Notes: a model not told the origin generated them from the letters alone. Positions 18,886 to 28,588 are shown, counted from the stretch's first letter. The stretch: DNA of 64,000 nucleotides from Thermoanaerobaculia bacterium (GCA_963664405.1 OY761158.1:4064001-4128000), one strand, 5' to 3'. Numbers and translations are program-made.

Positions 18886-20076
18886 GTGTGGAGGCAGGAG
18901 ACCCGAGACCGTCGCCCCCGCTTGGAGGGGTTCGGACGAGGCTGTTACGCACTGCACCTCTGGTGCGTTGGTGCGATTGCGGCTTCCAATATTCTCCTCG
19001 GCCTGGCGGGGTTGGCAGCGTTGGCGTCCAGAGACGGAAAGACTGGCTTTTGGCGTCGACACTCACTCTTGCTTCAACCCTTCGCATGGTTCGTGGCTCT
19101 CTTCTGTCTATCGATCGGGTACTCGTATCTGCCGGCTGTGAGTCTTCCTGATCTCGACGATCTCTACTCGCTGCTTCCCTTGCTATTGACCCTCTTCTTC
19201 CTGCGCGGAGAGAGGGACGCCCGACGTGTGGTCAACGGGCTGGTGATCATGGGAGCCGCCCTGGCGGCGATGGGGTTGATCCAGCTCGGAGTAGGCGCCG
19301 CGGGTCTCGACCTCGAGCGCCGCCTGATCGGTCCTTTCTCGCACTACCAGACCTTTGCCGGGGTCCTGCTTCTCTGTGACATGTTGATCCTCGGGCGCGT
19401 TCTCACACGTGGAGTAAGTCGTAGCCCGTGGTCTACAGCGGCCGCCGTCATGCTGACTGCGGCGCTCCTCGCCAATCTCACCCGGGGGCCGTGGGTCGCA
19501 CTTGTCGTCACAGGCCTCGGGCTACTTGCTTTCACTTCGCCCCGCCGCTTGCTCCTGGTGCTGCCAGGCCTCGTTGTTGTCGGGTTGCTCTTGCCGACGG
19601 CGGTTCTCGACCGGGCGAAGAGCATAGTGGATCTGCAGGATGAGTCGAACTACGACCGCCTCTGTATGCTCGAGGCGGGCATCCGCATGATCTCGGAGCG
19701 ACCCCTTTTCGGTCTCGGCCCCAGTGTGGTGGAGGAGCGCTATTCTCTGTACCGGCATCCCACCGCGGTCAACGATCGGCGTCCCCATCTCCATAGTGCA
19801 TACTTGCAGCTTGCGGCGGAGCGCGGTTTGCCATCGGCGGTTCTCTTCGTTGCCATCCTCGCTTTGAGCCTGACGCAGTCATTGCGCAACTACAGGCGCG
19901 ATGGAGGCGCCAGCGGATCTCGTGCAGACCTTCATCTTGGGGCGGCGGCCGCTATAGTGGCATATACTCTGGCGGCACTTTTTGAAGACAGCTGGACCGA
20001 TACCGAGGTTCAGCGCGTCGCGCTCTTCGTCATTGCCCTCCCCTTCAGTCTCAAGCGCCCTGCGGATATCGCGTGA
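18886..20076 (+). CDS. O-antigen ligase (Wzy_C) family protein
   Basis: Polytopic; TRGPW, R..M...G..MI.ERPLFGLG, HLHSAYLQLAAERG. Start uncertain. Confidence 0.88.
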   Translation: MWRQETRDRRPRLEGFGRGCYALHLWCVGAIAASNILLGLAGLAALASRDGKTGFWRRHSLLLQPFAWFVALFCLSIGYSYLPAVSLPDLDDLYSLLPLLLTLFFLRGERDARRVVNGLVIMGAALAAMGLIQLGVGAAGLDLERRLIGPFSHYQTFAGVLLLCDMLILGRVLTRGVSRSPWSTAAAVMLTAALLANLTRGPWVALVVTGLGLLAFTSPRRLLLVLPGLVVVGLLLPTAVLDRAKSIVDLQDESNYDRLCMLEAGIRMISERPLFGLGPSVVEERYSLYRHPTAVNDRRPHLHSAYLQLAAERGLPSAVLFVAILALSLTQSLRNYRRDGGASGSRADLHLGAAAAIVAYTLAALFEDSWTDTEVQRVALFVIALPFSLKRPADIA

Positions 20077-20966
20077 GCCGTTTCTCCAGTTTCATCGCTG
20101 AACTGCGTCCCGAAGTGGACGCAGCCTTGGATCGCCTGCTACCGCCGGTGGAGGCGGAGCCTGCGCGCCTACACGATGCTATGCGCTACTGCATCTTTGC
20201 AGGGGGCAAGCGCTTTCGACCGGCAATGCTGACGCTCGGCGGCGAGATCTACCATGCTCCTCGAGAACTCTTGCTCGGGCCCGCCGCCGCCATGGAGATG
20301 ATCCACACCTTCAGTCTGGTTCACGACGACCTGCCCGCGCTCGATGACGACCGACTTCGTCGTGGTAAGCAGACTGTGCACTTGCGTTTCGACGAGGCCA
20401 CGGCGATTCTGGCCGGCGACGCTCTTTTGAACCAAGCCATTTACTGCCTGTCTCGCGAGCCCGCTGATGCCGATGCCGCCGTGCGCTGTCGTGGGATCGA
20501 GATGGCGGCAGAGGCAGTTGGCAGCTTCGGCATGATCGGGGGCCAGGCGGCGGATATGGAAGCAGAGCGGGAGTGGCCTGCTGATCCGGTCTCGGCGCTC
20601 GAAACGGTTCATCGCCGCAAGACGGGCCAGCTCCTAGTGCTCAGTCTGTGTCTCGGAGGCCTCTACGCAGGCGCCGGCGAGCCGGAGCTGGCATTGCTCA
20701 GAGAGTTGGGGAAACGTATCGGCGTTCTTTTTCAGATTGGCGATGACATTCTCGACGTAGAAGGAGAGAGCGCGGAGCTCGGTAAGACCGCAGGCAAGGA
20801 TCAAGCTGCCGGAAAGTTGACCTACCCGGCACTTTTCGGCCTCGAAGAGAGCCGGCGCAGGCTCTCGCTGCAGGCCGAGGAGACTCTAGCTCTGATCGAG
20901 TCATTTCCTAGCCGCCAAGAGGTCCTCCTGGATCTGGTGCGCTACCTTTTAGAGCGCGATCACTGA
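20073..20966 (+). CDS. ispA: Farnesyl/geranylgeranyl diphosphate synthase
   Basis: GGKRFRP, HDDLPALDDDRLRRG, FQIGDDILD, GKTAGKD..KLTYP. Confidence 0.95.
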   Translation: MSRFSSFIAELRPEVDAALDRLLPPVEAEPARLHDAMRYCIFAGGKRFRPAMLTLGGEIYHAPRELLLGPAAAMEMIHTFSLVHDDLPALDDDRLRRGKQTVHLRFDEATAILAGDALLNQAIYCLSREPADADAAVRCRGIEMAAEAVGSFGMIGGQAADMEAEREWPADPVSALETVHRRKTGQLLVLSLCLGGLYAGAGEPELALLRELGKRIGVLFQIGDDILDVEGESAELGKTAGKDQAAGKLTYPALFGLEESRRRLSLQAEETLALIESFPSRQEVLLDLVRYLLERDH

Positions 20967-20980
20967 ACGGAAGATCGTCG

Positions 20981-21733
20981 ATGAAGGCTTGTTCCAAATC
21001 GGTACGTCTGGACCAGCTGCTGGTCGACCGAGCCGAGTACAGCTCACGTGAGAAAGCGAAGAGAGCAGTGATGGCGGGGTGTGTCGAGGTCGGCGGCCGT
21101 CTTGTCGACAAGCCGGGAACCGGAGTGCCTGTAGGGGCGGATGTTCGTGTATTGAGGCGTAGCGAGCCTTTCGTGTCTAGGGCCGGGCGAAAGCTCGATG
21201 CGGCGCTGGATCGTTTTTGTCTGGATCCTACCGACGCGATTTGTATCGACATTGGGGCGAGTACCGGAGGCTTCACGGACTGCCTGCTCCAGCGCGGTGC
21301 CAAGCGAGTCTACGCCGTCGATGTCGGGCGTGGGCAGCTGGATTTCGCTCTCTACAAAGACTCTCGTGTGGTGGTCATGGATCGAGTGAATGCACGCTAT
21401 CTCGACGCCGACGCCTTTCCCGAAGAGCCGCGGCTGATCACGGTCGATGTCTCTTTCATCTCGCTTCTCAAGGTGGTGCCTGCGCTTCTTCCTCTTCTTG
21501 CGCCGGGGGCAGATCTCGTCACCTTGATCAAGCCTCAGTTCGAAGCTCCGCGAGGAGCACTAGCCAAAGGTGGCATCCTTCGGGATGAGGCGCTCCGGGA
21601 GCAGGTGGTCGACGAGCGCAGCCGGCAGATTGCCGAGCTCGGGTTGGACCTGCTCGGTCTCATGGAGTCGCCGGTGGCGGGCCGCGGAGGCAACAGGGAA
21701 GCCCTCGCACACTTCCGACGAGGAGCACTATGA
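20981..21733 (+). CDS. tlyA: TlyA-family rRNA methyltransferase
   Basis: S4 domain, FVSRAGRKL, DIGASTGGFTDCLLQRGA, DVSFISL, LIKPQFE. Confidence 0.95.
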   Translation: MKACSKSVRLDQLLVDRAEYSSREKAKRAVMAGCVEVGGRLVDKPGTGVPVGADVRVLRRSEPFVSRAGRKLDAALDRFCLDPTDAICIDIGASTGGFTDCLLQRGAKRVYAVDVGRGQLDFALYKDSRVVVMDRVNARYLDADAFPEEPRLITVDVSFISLLKVVPALLPLLAPGADLVTLIKPQFEAPRGALAKGGILRDEALREQVVDERSRQIAELGLDLLGLMESPVAGRGGNREALAHFRRGAL

Positions 21734-22593
21734 GCCAAGAGTCGCCAATCGAGCGAGTGGCGATTGCCACCAAAGCCGGAAGTCGCGAGGCGATGCGGGT
21801 TGCGGAGGAGCTCTGCGAGTGGCTCGGCCGTCGGGGTCTCGAAGTCGCACTCGACGAGCGAAGCCATCGCGCCCTCGAGCGAGAGAGCGCGGGCGTTTAC
21901 GACCCGGAGCGCGAGTACGATCTTGTACTGGTCCTGGGTGGTGATGGCACCTTGATGTCCGTGGCTCGTGCCCAGACCAAGGGCGTCCCGATCTTAGGAG
22001 TGAACCTTGGAAGTCTTGGCTTCCTGACCGAGATCAACCGAGGAGAGCTCTACCCGTGCATGGTGGAGATCCTGGCTGGCCGTTTCGAGACCGAGTCTCG
22101 ATCTCTGCTCGACATTGAGCTGGAGAGAGCGGGGGGTGGCTCTCTTCGCTATCGGGCGCTCAACGATGTAGTCGTGACCAAGAGCGCACTGGCCCGCATC
22201 CTCGACATCCGGGTCGAGGTGGACCAGCGACTCCTCGCACGCTATCGCTCGGATGGGCTGATTCTGTCGACACCGACCGGATCCACCGCCTACAACTTGT
22301 CGGCTGGAGGACCTATCGTGTTTCCCTCTCTTCCGGTGATCGTGGTGACACCGATCTGCCCCCACACTCTGAATCACCGGCCGCTGGTGATTCCTGAGAC
22401 GAGCCAGGTCGAAGTGAAGCTGGAAACCCAGGACGAGGAGGTTCATCTGACCATCGATGGGCAGGAAGGCACGACCCTGGGGCCCTCAGATCGGGTTCGC
22501 GTTCAGTCGAGCGAGTTCCACGCCAGACTTATCCGCATCAGCGGTCGCACTTTCTACGACGGACTGCGCAGCAAGCTACGCTGGGGAAGCTAG
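21730..22593 (+). CDS. nadK: NAD kinase
   Basis: LGGDGT, GVNLGSLGFL, ALND, DGLILSTPTGSTAYNLSAGGP. Confidence 0.96.
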   Translation: MSQESPIERVAIATKAGSREAMRVAEELCEWLGRRGLEVALDERSHRALERESAGVYDPEREYDLVLVLGGDGTLMSVARAQTKGVPILGVNLGSLGFLTEINRGELYPCMVEILAGRFETESRSLLDIELERAGGGSLRYRALNDVVVTKSALARILDIRVEVDQRLLARYRSDGLILSTPTGSTAYNLSAGGPIVFPSLPVIVVTPICPHTLNHRPLVIPETSQVEVKLETQDEEVHLTIDGQEGTTLGPSDRVRVQSSEFHARLIRISGRTFYDGLRSKLRWGS

Positions 22594-22618
22594 TGCCATG
22601 TCGGAGACACGACACTAG
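22590..22618. repeat. 29-bp CTAGTG...CACTAG mini-palindrome on the nadK stop codon
   Basis: CTAGTGCCATGTC-GGA-GACACGACACTAG, 11 of 13 positions paired; termini match those of the 167-168 bp elements. Confidence 0.55.
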
Positions 22619-22733
22619 GACCCCGACAACAAAGAAAGTGAAGAGGCCCGGGCCCAGGACCTGGCAGCGGACCTCTTTTTCGGTCGTCAAGGTAGACGAC
22701 CACTGAAACACCAGAAAGGAACAGGCAACGAAT

Positions 22734-24461
22734 ATGAGTCATCTGATCGATCCCCACGGTGGGGAACTGACCGAACTGTTGGCACCACCGGCGAGACAGG
22801 AGGAGCTGAACGAGCTCTCCCGTGATTGGCCTTCATGGGACCTCACCCCTCGTCAAGTGTGCGACCTAGAACTTCTGATGGTCGGAGGTTTCGCTCCGCT
22901 CACCGGATTCATGACTCGGGAGGAGTCGGAGTCGGTATGCGCTTCGATGCGGCTCCCCGATGGCACCCTCTGGCCGATCCCGATCACTTTGGATCTGACC
23001 GAGGAGGCGGCCGAGGGCCTCGAGATTGGGGGTCAGCTTGCCCTGCGCGATGAGGAGGGGGTGATGCTCGCGGTACTGCACATCGAAGAGATGTGGCACC
23101 ACGATCGCGAGGCTGAGGCGCTCGCCGTGTACGGCACGGAGGACCAGGTACACCCCGGAGTTGCTCACCTCTTCCAGCGCACGAACAACGTCGCCGTGGG
23201 CGGTCGGATAGAGGGCGTGCAGCTGGCTTCACATTACGACTTTCCCGCGCTTCGGCGGACGCCCGCTCAACTTCGTCGTGATTTCGCGACTCTCGGCTGG
23301 CGCCGAGTAGTGGCCTTCCAGACTCGGAATCCGATGCACCGCGCCCACTATGAGCTGACTCTGCGAGCGGCGAAGGAGATCGAGGCCAGTCTTCTGATCC
23401 ATCCGGCGGTAGGCATGACCAAGCCTGGGGACCTGGACCACTACACCCGAGTTCGTTGCTACCAGGAGATTCTTCGCTACTACCCGCGCCAGACTGCGCA
23501 CCTGTCGCTGCTTCCCCTTGCGATGCGGATGGCGGGGCCGCGCGAAGCGCTGTGGCACGCGATCATTCGCAAGAACTATGGTTGCACCCACTTCATCATC
23601 GGTCGAGACCATGCCGGTCCTGGAGACGACTCCGCCGGCAAGCCCTTCTACGGGCCTTATGATGCCCAAGACCTTGTTCGGCTCCATCAAGACGAGCTCG
23701 GGATCGAGATGGTGCCCTTCAGAATGATGGTCTTCGTGGAGGAGCAGGACCAATACGTCCCCATCGACGAAGTGGCCGAGGGAACACGAACTCTCAACAT
23801 CTCCGGCACAGACTTGCGCAAACGCCTGGCGGGCGGTCGCGAGATTCCCAGCTGGTTCACCTTTCCGGAGGTGGTCACAGAGCTACGCCGCACCCATCCG
23901 CCGCGCCACAAGCAGGGGTTCACAGTGTTCTTTACCGGGCTGTCGGGGGCCGGCAAGTCTACGGTGGCTCAAGCGCTGCTTGTGAAGCTGTTGGAAATGG
24001 GTGGCAGACCCGTGACCCTCCTCGACGGCGACGTCGTGCGCAAGAACCTGTCCTCGGAGTTGGGCTTTTCCAAGGAGCACAGAGACATCAATATCCGCCG
24101 CATCGGTTTCGTGGCTTCCGAGATCACGAAGAATGGCGGCATCGCCATCTGTGCTCCGATTGCCCCTTACGAGAAAGTCCGGCAAGAGGTCAAGGAAATG
24201 ATCGTGCCCGCCGGCGGTTTTATTCTGGTCCACGTCTCCACGCCCCTGGATGTGTGCGAGTCTCGGGATCGCAAGGGGCTCTACGCCAAAGCGAGGGCGG
24301 GACTGATCGAGTCTTTCACTGGCATCTCCGATCCTTATGAGGAGCCTACGGATGCAGAGGTTGTTCTGGATACGAGTGACCTGAGTCCGGAGGAGGCCGC
24401 GCAGCAGATCGTGCTTCATATCGAGAAAGATGGCTATATCGGAGGAGGGGACGAGTCGTAG
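22734..24461 (+). CDS. sat: Bifunctional sulfate adenylyltransferase / adenylyl-sulfate kinase
   Basis: AFQTRNPMHRAH, HFIIGRDHAGPG, then an APS kinase domain (FTGLSGAGKST, LLDGDVVR, RDRKGLYAKAR). Confidence 0.96.
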   Translation: MSHLIDPHGGELTELLAPPARQEELNELSRDWPSWDLTPRQVCDLELLMVGGFAPLTGFMTREESESVCASMRLPDGTLWPIPITLDLTEEAAEGLEIGGQLALRDEEGVMLAVLHIEEMWHHDREAEALAVYGTEDQVHPGVAHLFQRTNNVAVGGRIEGVQLASHYDFPALRRTPAQLRRDFATLGWRRVVAFQTRNPMHRAHYELTLRAAKEIEASLLIHPAVGMTKPGDLDHYTRVRCYQEILRYYPRQTAHLSLLPLAMRMAGPREALWHAIIRKNYGCTHFIIGRDHAGPGDDSAGKPFYGPYDAQDLVRLHQDELGIEMVPFRMMVFVEEQDQYVPIDEVAEGTRTLNISGTDLRKRLAGGREIPSWFTFPEVVTELRRTHPPRHKQGFTVFFTGLSGAGKSTVAQALLVKLLEMGGRPVTLLDGDVVRKNLSSELGFSKEHRDINIRRIGFVASEITKNGGIAICAPIAPYEKVRQEVKEMIVPAGGFILVHVSTPLDVCESRDRKGLYAKARAGLIESFTGISDPYEEPTDAEVVLDTSDLSPEEAAQQIVLHIEKDGYIGGGDES

Positions 24462-24521
24462 GTGAGTGGGTCGACTGGGCAGAGGGAACAGGCCTGAGGC
24501 GGGAGCCTGCGAAGTAGCGCG

Positions 24522-24872
24522 ATGGGCAAGAGAGATTTGGCGCTGGGGTTGTGGTGCTTCCTGGTTGCGGTGGCTCTGCTGATCCCGGGCGACGTGGCCT
24601 CTGCGGACTGGCTGGCTGACGGCGCGAGGTTGGACAAGATCGCGCACTTTGTGCTCTTCCTGGTTCTCGGCATCTTTGCGTTTCGAGCACTTACCGGCCG
24701 TTTCGAGCATGCGCTTCTTCTCGCGGTGGCGCTGAGCGTCGTTTACGGTGCCCTCCTCGAGGTCGCGCAGGGAGCGCTAGGGACTCGTAGCGCTGAGCTC
24801 GGAGATCTTGCGGCCGATGCTCTCGGTAGTGTGTGCTCTGTCTTCTTGGGGCATGCTCCGCGAAGATCATGA
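24522..24872 (+). CDS. VanZ-family membrane protein
   Basis: DKIAHF..YGALLEVAQ..RSAELGDLAADALG. Confidence 0.88.
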   Translation: MGKRDLALGLWCFLVAVALLIPGDVASADWLADGARLDKIAHFVLFLVLGIFAFRALTGRFEHALLLAVALSVVYGALLEVAQGALGTRSAELGDLAADALGSVCSVFLGHAPRRS

Positions 24873-26638
24873 AGGAGAAGAAACCCGTTGTGGGCCTCGC
24901 TGAGAGACTTGGACTCGCTGTGGTTTGGGCTCTTGTCTGGGTCCCTCCACTGGTCGTACTTCCAACCGCTCAAGATCCCTTCCGCCTGCCCAAGCTTTTC
25001 GCCGTCGAGCTTCTGGCCCTGCTCTCGCTGGTGCTTCTCTGCCTGCCGCTGCTCTCTCGTAGGTCGCTTTCGGTCCGCCGGTTAATGGCGGTGCCGACCT
25101 TCCTGCCCGCGCTGCTCCTGCTGATATCCGCCACCGTCAGTGGCCTTGGGGCCTACCACCCCGCGCATTGGAGGAGTGCCCTGTTCAGTTTCGGTCTCGG
25201 TCTGACCTGTCTGGTCTGGTGGGGCGTTCAGATTCCAAGATCTTCCCTACGGCGTCTGCTGTCCGCCACCGTGGGCCCGGCCCTCGTGCTCTCCACCCTC
25301 GCTGTGGCTCAATGGCATGGCCTCTATCAGCCCTTTGGCTTTCTCGAAGGTGAGGGGCGGGGCAGGTATGGACTCACTTCATTGGCGGGGAATGTGGGTG
25401 ATCTAGCCTCCTTTTTGGTCCTCCCTCTGGTCATCTGCCAGGCGCAGCTATGGCGTCGGCGGGGAGCGCGGCATAGAGCTCCCTGGCTAAGCGCCGTTCT
25501 CATTTTGAGCTACGCCCTCATCCTCACTCAAACCATGTCCGCCCTCATCGCTGTCGCGGTCGGCAGCTTGGTCTTCTGGTGGCTGGCTCTCGAGCGCCAG
25601 CGCTGGCGCATCGTTCTCCTGCTCCTGATCGGTGTGATTTTGGTGTTGGGGGTTCGCCCCTTGCGCCAGCGCGTTCAGCGCAAGCTCTCTGAGCTCGAGC
25701 GAGGGCAGATATCGGTTGTCTTGAGTGGCCGGACCGAAGCCTGGATGGCGTCGCTGGCCATGGTCGGAGAGAGCCCAGGACTTGGCGTCGGCCACGGCGG
25801 TTTCAGACCGCATTTCGGTGCGGCGAAGCTACGCCTGATCGAGAGCGGGAAAACGTTCCGTTCCGTCGGCGATACCGCGTCCTTTGCCAATGCCCACAAT
25901 GAGTACCTCGAGCTGCTGGCGGAGTGGGGGTTGGTGGGGGCGGTGGGCTTCGTAGTGGCAATGGTGCTTCTGTGTCTACGACTTCGAGAACGGGCCGCTA
26001 AGTCCGAGCGGCTGGACAAGGCGCTTGCCTTCGGCGGGCTCTCGGCCGTTGCCGTGCTCAGTCTTGCCGCTTTTCCGTTACGTCTCGGACCCTCGGGGTA
26101 TCTGGTGGTGCTCTTTGTCGCCTGGATCTTCTCCACAGAGCAGGGGAGGGAGCCAGCAGAAGGATCCGCGCGCATACGCTCCTGGCAGCTGGGTGTGCCT
26201 CTGATCGCTCTCCTCCTGATCGCCCTCGGTGCTCACTTTGGTAGTGCGGGCGACCGGCTCGAGGCTGCGCGCATCTTGCGTACCACGAGCTTGGTTGCGC
26301 AACGTTCAGCACAGCAGGGAGGCCAGGTCCCGGCGATCCTGCGCGCGAATCTTCGACCGCTTCGGCGAGCTCGCGAGCTCGACACCTTGGAAGTTGGCGT
26401 GCCGATGGCTCTCGGGAGTCATTACCTGCTTCTGGGTAATGCCGCCGCCGCCATCGAGTGGTACGAGAAGGCGATTGATCTGGAGCCGCGGCCCAATCTC
26501 TACTTCAATCTTGCGAGGGCCCTTCTGATGGCGGAACGGAGCTCGGAGGCCTTCGAGCACTTGGATTCGGCGGTCAGGCTCGACCCGGCCCTCCGCGAAC
26601 CGTCACGAGCCCTGGGTTGGACACCCGAGCGCATCTAG
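24869..26638 (+). CDS. O-antigen ligase/O-oligosaccharyltransferase-like protein with C-terminal TPR
   Basis: DPFRLPK, SLAGN, GLGVGHGGF, ANAHNEYLELLAEWG, TPR tail; ATG overlaps the vanZ stop (ATGA). Confidence 0.85.
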   Translation: MKEKKPVVGLAERLGLAVVWALVWVPPLVVLPTAQDPFRLPKLFAVELLALLSLVLLCLPLLSRRSLSVRRLMAVPTFLPALLLLISATVSGLGAYHPAHWRSALFSFGLGLTCLVWWGVQIPRSSLRRLLSATVGPALVLSTLAVAQWHGLYQPFGFLEGEGRGRYGLTSLAGNVGDLASFLVLPLVICQAQLWRRRGARHRAPWLSAVLILSYALILTQTMSALIAVAVGSLVFWWLALERQRWRIVLLLLIGVILVLGVRPLRQRVQRKLSELERGQISVVLSGRTEAWMASLAMVGESPGLGVGHGGFRPHFGAAKLRLIESGKTFRSVGDTASFANAHNEYLELLAEWGLVGAVGFVVAMVLLCLRLRERAAKSERLDKALAFGGLSAVAVLSLAAFPLRLGPSGYLVVLFVAWIFSTEQGREPAEGSARIRSWQLGVPLIALLLIALGAHFGSAGDRLEAARILRTTSLVAQRSAQQGGQVPAILRANLRPLRRARELDTLEVGVPMALGSHYLLLGNAAAAIEWYEKAIDLEPRPNLYFNLARALLMAERSSEAFEHLDSAVRLDPALREPSRALGWTPERI

Positions 26639-26693
26639 GCCGGGCGCCTAGGGCACTTGATTCGTGCGTCCCGAATGGAGCCATGAGAGAAGG

Positions 26694-26910
26694 CTAGGCT
26701 CCAGAAATGATGGCTATCATTTCCCGCCTAGTTGTCTCTTGGCGCCGAGGACGGCGCACTTGGGCGTAGCTTCCTATTCGCTCACGGAAACGGCTCAGGA
26801 CGAATACTCGGACACGCTCCTAGCCCCGGAAAGCGGGCCTCCGGCCCGTTCTCCGGCCCATCCCCCCCTAAGAACTACTCGCGTGTCCGAATACTCGGAC
26901 ACGCTCCTAG
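26694..26910. repeat. Inverted copy of the ~130-bp composite REP-like unit plus a further palindrome
   Basis: 26694-26823 is the reverse complement of the 1335-1731 unit, with CTAG at both ends. 26881-26904 is GCGTGTCCGA-ATAC-TCGGACACGC, followed by CTAG at the stop of the next gene. Confidence 0.92.
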
Positions 26911-28307
26911 ATGCCGCTGGAGGTCAGCACGCTCCTGATCGTGCGCAGGAGGATGTAGAAATCGAGCCAGATGCTCCAGTTGGCGATGTAGGCGAGGTCG
27001 TAGCGGACCTTGGTCTGCGGGGTCGAGAGATAGTCGCCGTGCACTTGTGCTAGGCCGGTGACTCCCGGCGTGACGCCGAAGCGTTTGGCGTAGCCGGGTA
27101 CCGAGTTCTCGAACTCGTCGGCGAAGCCTGGGCGCTCCGGCCTTGGCCCGACCAGACTCATCGTCCCTGCCAATACATTGAAGAGTTGAGGTATCTCGTC
27201 GATCCGGTAGCGGCGAAAGATGCGGCCGATGGGGGTCACACGGGGATCGTCCGGAAGAGCCATTGCCTCCCCGGTCCCCTGCTCGGCCCCAGTGCGCATG
27301 GTTCGAAGCTTGTGGATCGTGAAAGGAGCACGACTCCTACCCAGTCGAGTCTGCTGGTAGAAGATCGGGCGACCCGAAGTGATCAGCGCGGTCGCTGCGG
27401 CGAGAAGCAGAACCGGGCCGAGGAGGGCCAGGAGTCCGGTTGCGCAAACGAGGTCCATGCCTCTCTTCAGAGGCCGATTGATTCTCCACTCTGCTTCTCG
27501 CGCAACCTCGATCAGCGGGTTATCCCCGACCCAGTAGTATCGCGTTCCCGCGAGCAGGCTCTCGAAGGCACCAGGGAGGAGCCAGACGTTGCCTTTGGCC
27601 GGCGCGATGCGAGCCACTCGGTCGATGAGTCGGGTCTGCCATGGGTAGCTCTCACTGGCCAGGATGACGTCATCGATGATCCCGTCTGCGATCAGGCCGG
27701 GCGCGTCTTCCGTAGTTCCGAGTACGGGCTCGAGCTCCGACTCACCAGTCCCCTCGGACGAACCGGGTGCCCGGATGAACCCAGCTAGCTCGAGGCCGTG
27801 GTGATGATGGCTGCGAAGACTTTCCGCCATCGCCAGCGCTGTGCTTCCGCCGCCCACGATAGCGACGCGTCGGACCCGCGGTGGGTGGAGGCGGCGAAAG
27901 AGCAGGCGCCACGCAAAGAGAAGGGCGCAATTCAAGGGCACGAAGAGGACCAGGATGGAGCGGGGAAAAACCGCTTCGCGCAAGAAGTAGTAGCCCATCA
28001 GCATCAGCCCCTGGAGGCAGACGGCGGCGACCAGACGCTGGAGTAGCTCGATGCGGGCTGAAACACGGGGAGGTTCGTAAAGCGCGAAGAAGTAGAGAGC
28101 CACGACCTGCGTAGCGAGCACGAGAGTCCAGTTGTCGAGGAAGAAGCCCAGCCGATCCCCCGGAAGAAGGTGATCGGTCAGTGGGATCGGGATGTAGAGC
28201 CGGATCAGAAAGGCGAGGAGGAAAGCGCAAGGCCCGACAACGAGATCGCCGGCGACTCGTAGTCGTCTCCAACCGCGCGGGAAGAAGCCCTCTTGCGTCA
28301 TCGGCAC
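26907..28307 (-). CDS. Polyprenyl-phosphate glycosylphosphotransferase (WcaJ/WbaP-like sugar transferase)
   Basis: Four transmembrane helices + CoA-binding-like domain + KRGMDL, FTIHKLRTM, DDPRVTPIG, DEIPQLFNVLAGTMSLVGPRPE. Confidence 0.95.
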   Translation of the reverse strand: MPMTQEGFFPRGWRRLRVAGDLVVGPCAFLLAFLIRLYIPIPLTDHLLPGDRLGFFLDNWTLVLATQVVALYFFALYEPPRVSARIELLQRLVAAVCLQGLMLMGYYFLREAVFPRSILVLFVPLNCALLFAWRLLFRRLHPPRVRRVAIVGGGSTALAMAESLRSHHHHGLELAGFIRAPGSSEGTGESELEPVLGTTEDAPGLIADGIIDDVILASESYPWQTRLIDRVARIAPAKGNVWLLPGAFESLLAGTRYYWVGDNPLIEVAREAEWRINRPLKRGMDLVCATGLLALLGPVLLLAAATALITSGRPIFYQQTRLGRSRAPFTIHKLRTMRTGAEQGTGEAMALPDDPRVTPIGRIFRRYRIDEIPQLFNVLAGTMSLVGPRPERPGFADEFENSVPGYAKRFGVTPGVTGLAQVHGDYLSTPQTKVRYDLAYIANWSIWLDFYILLRTIRSVLTSSGI

Positions 28308-28474
28308 CTAGTGTCCTGTATCAGTAGTTCCTCACACAACTCGCTGGCCCTTTTGCGCGCTGCCGTCGTTTCTCCTCCTCGCAATATTGCTCAATATACC
28401 TTCGTCGTAGCGCCTTGGCAGCACCCAAAATGACTGCGCGATTTATGCAACGAACCACTGATACAGGACACTAG
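28308..28474. mobile_element. 167-bp MITE/ERIC-like fold-back element (arm type B)
   Basis: Terminal inverted repeats CTAGTGTCCTGTATCAGTAGTTC / GAACCACTGATACAGGACACTAG (22 of 23); non-coding; core shared with the elements at 33433, 50248 and 62867. Confidence 0.85.
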
Positions 28475-28588
28475 CGTGGTTGGACTATAATTGCGGACCA
28501 ATCTGAGGCGGTGGGTGACGTCTCTCGCCAAAGGGTGTCGCTGCGTTCTCGAGTCGGTGCCCGCCGCTGCAGACCCTCAAGGCATGTC

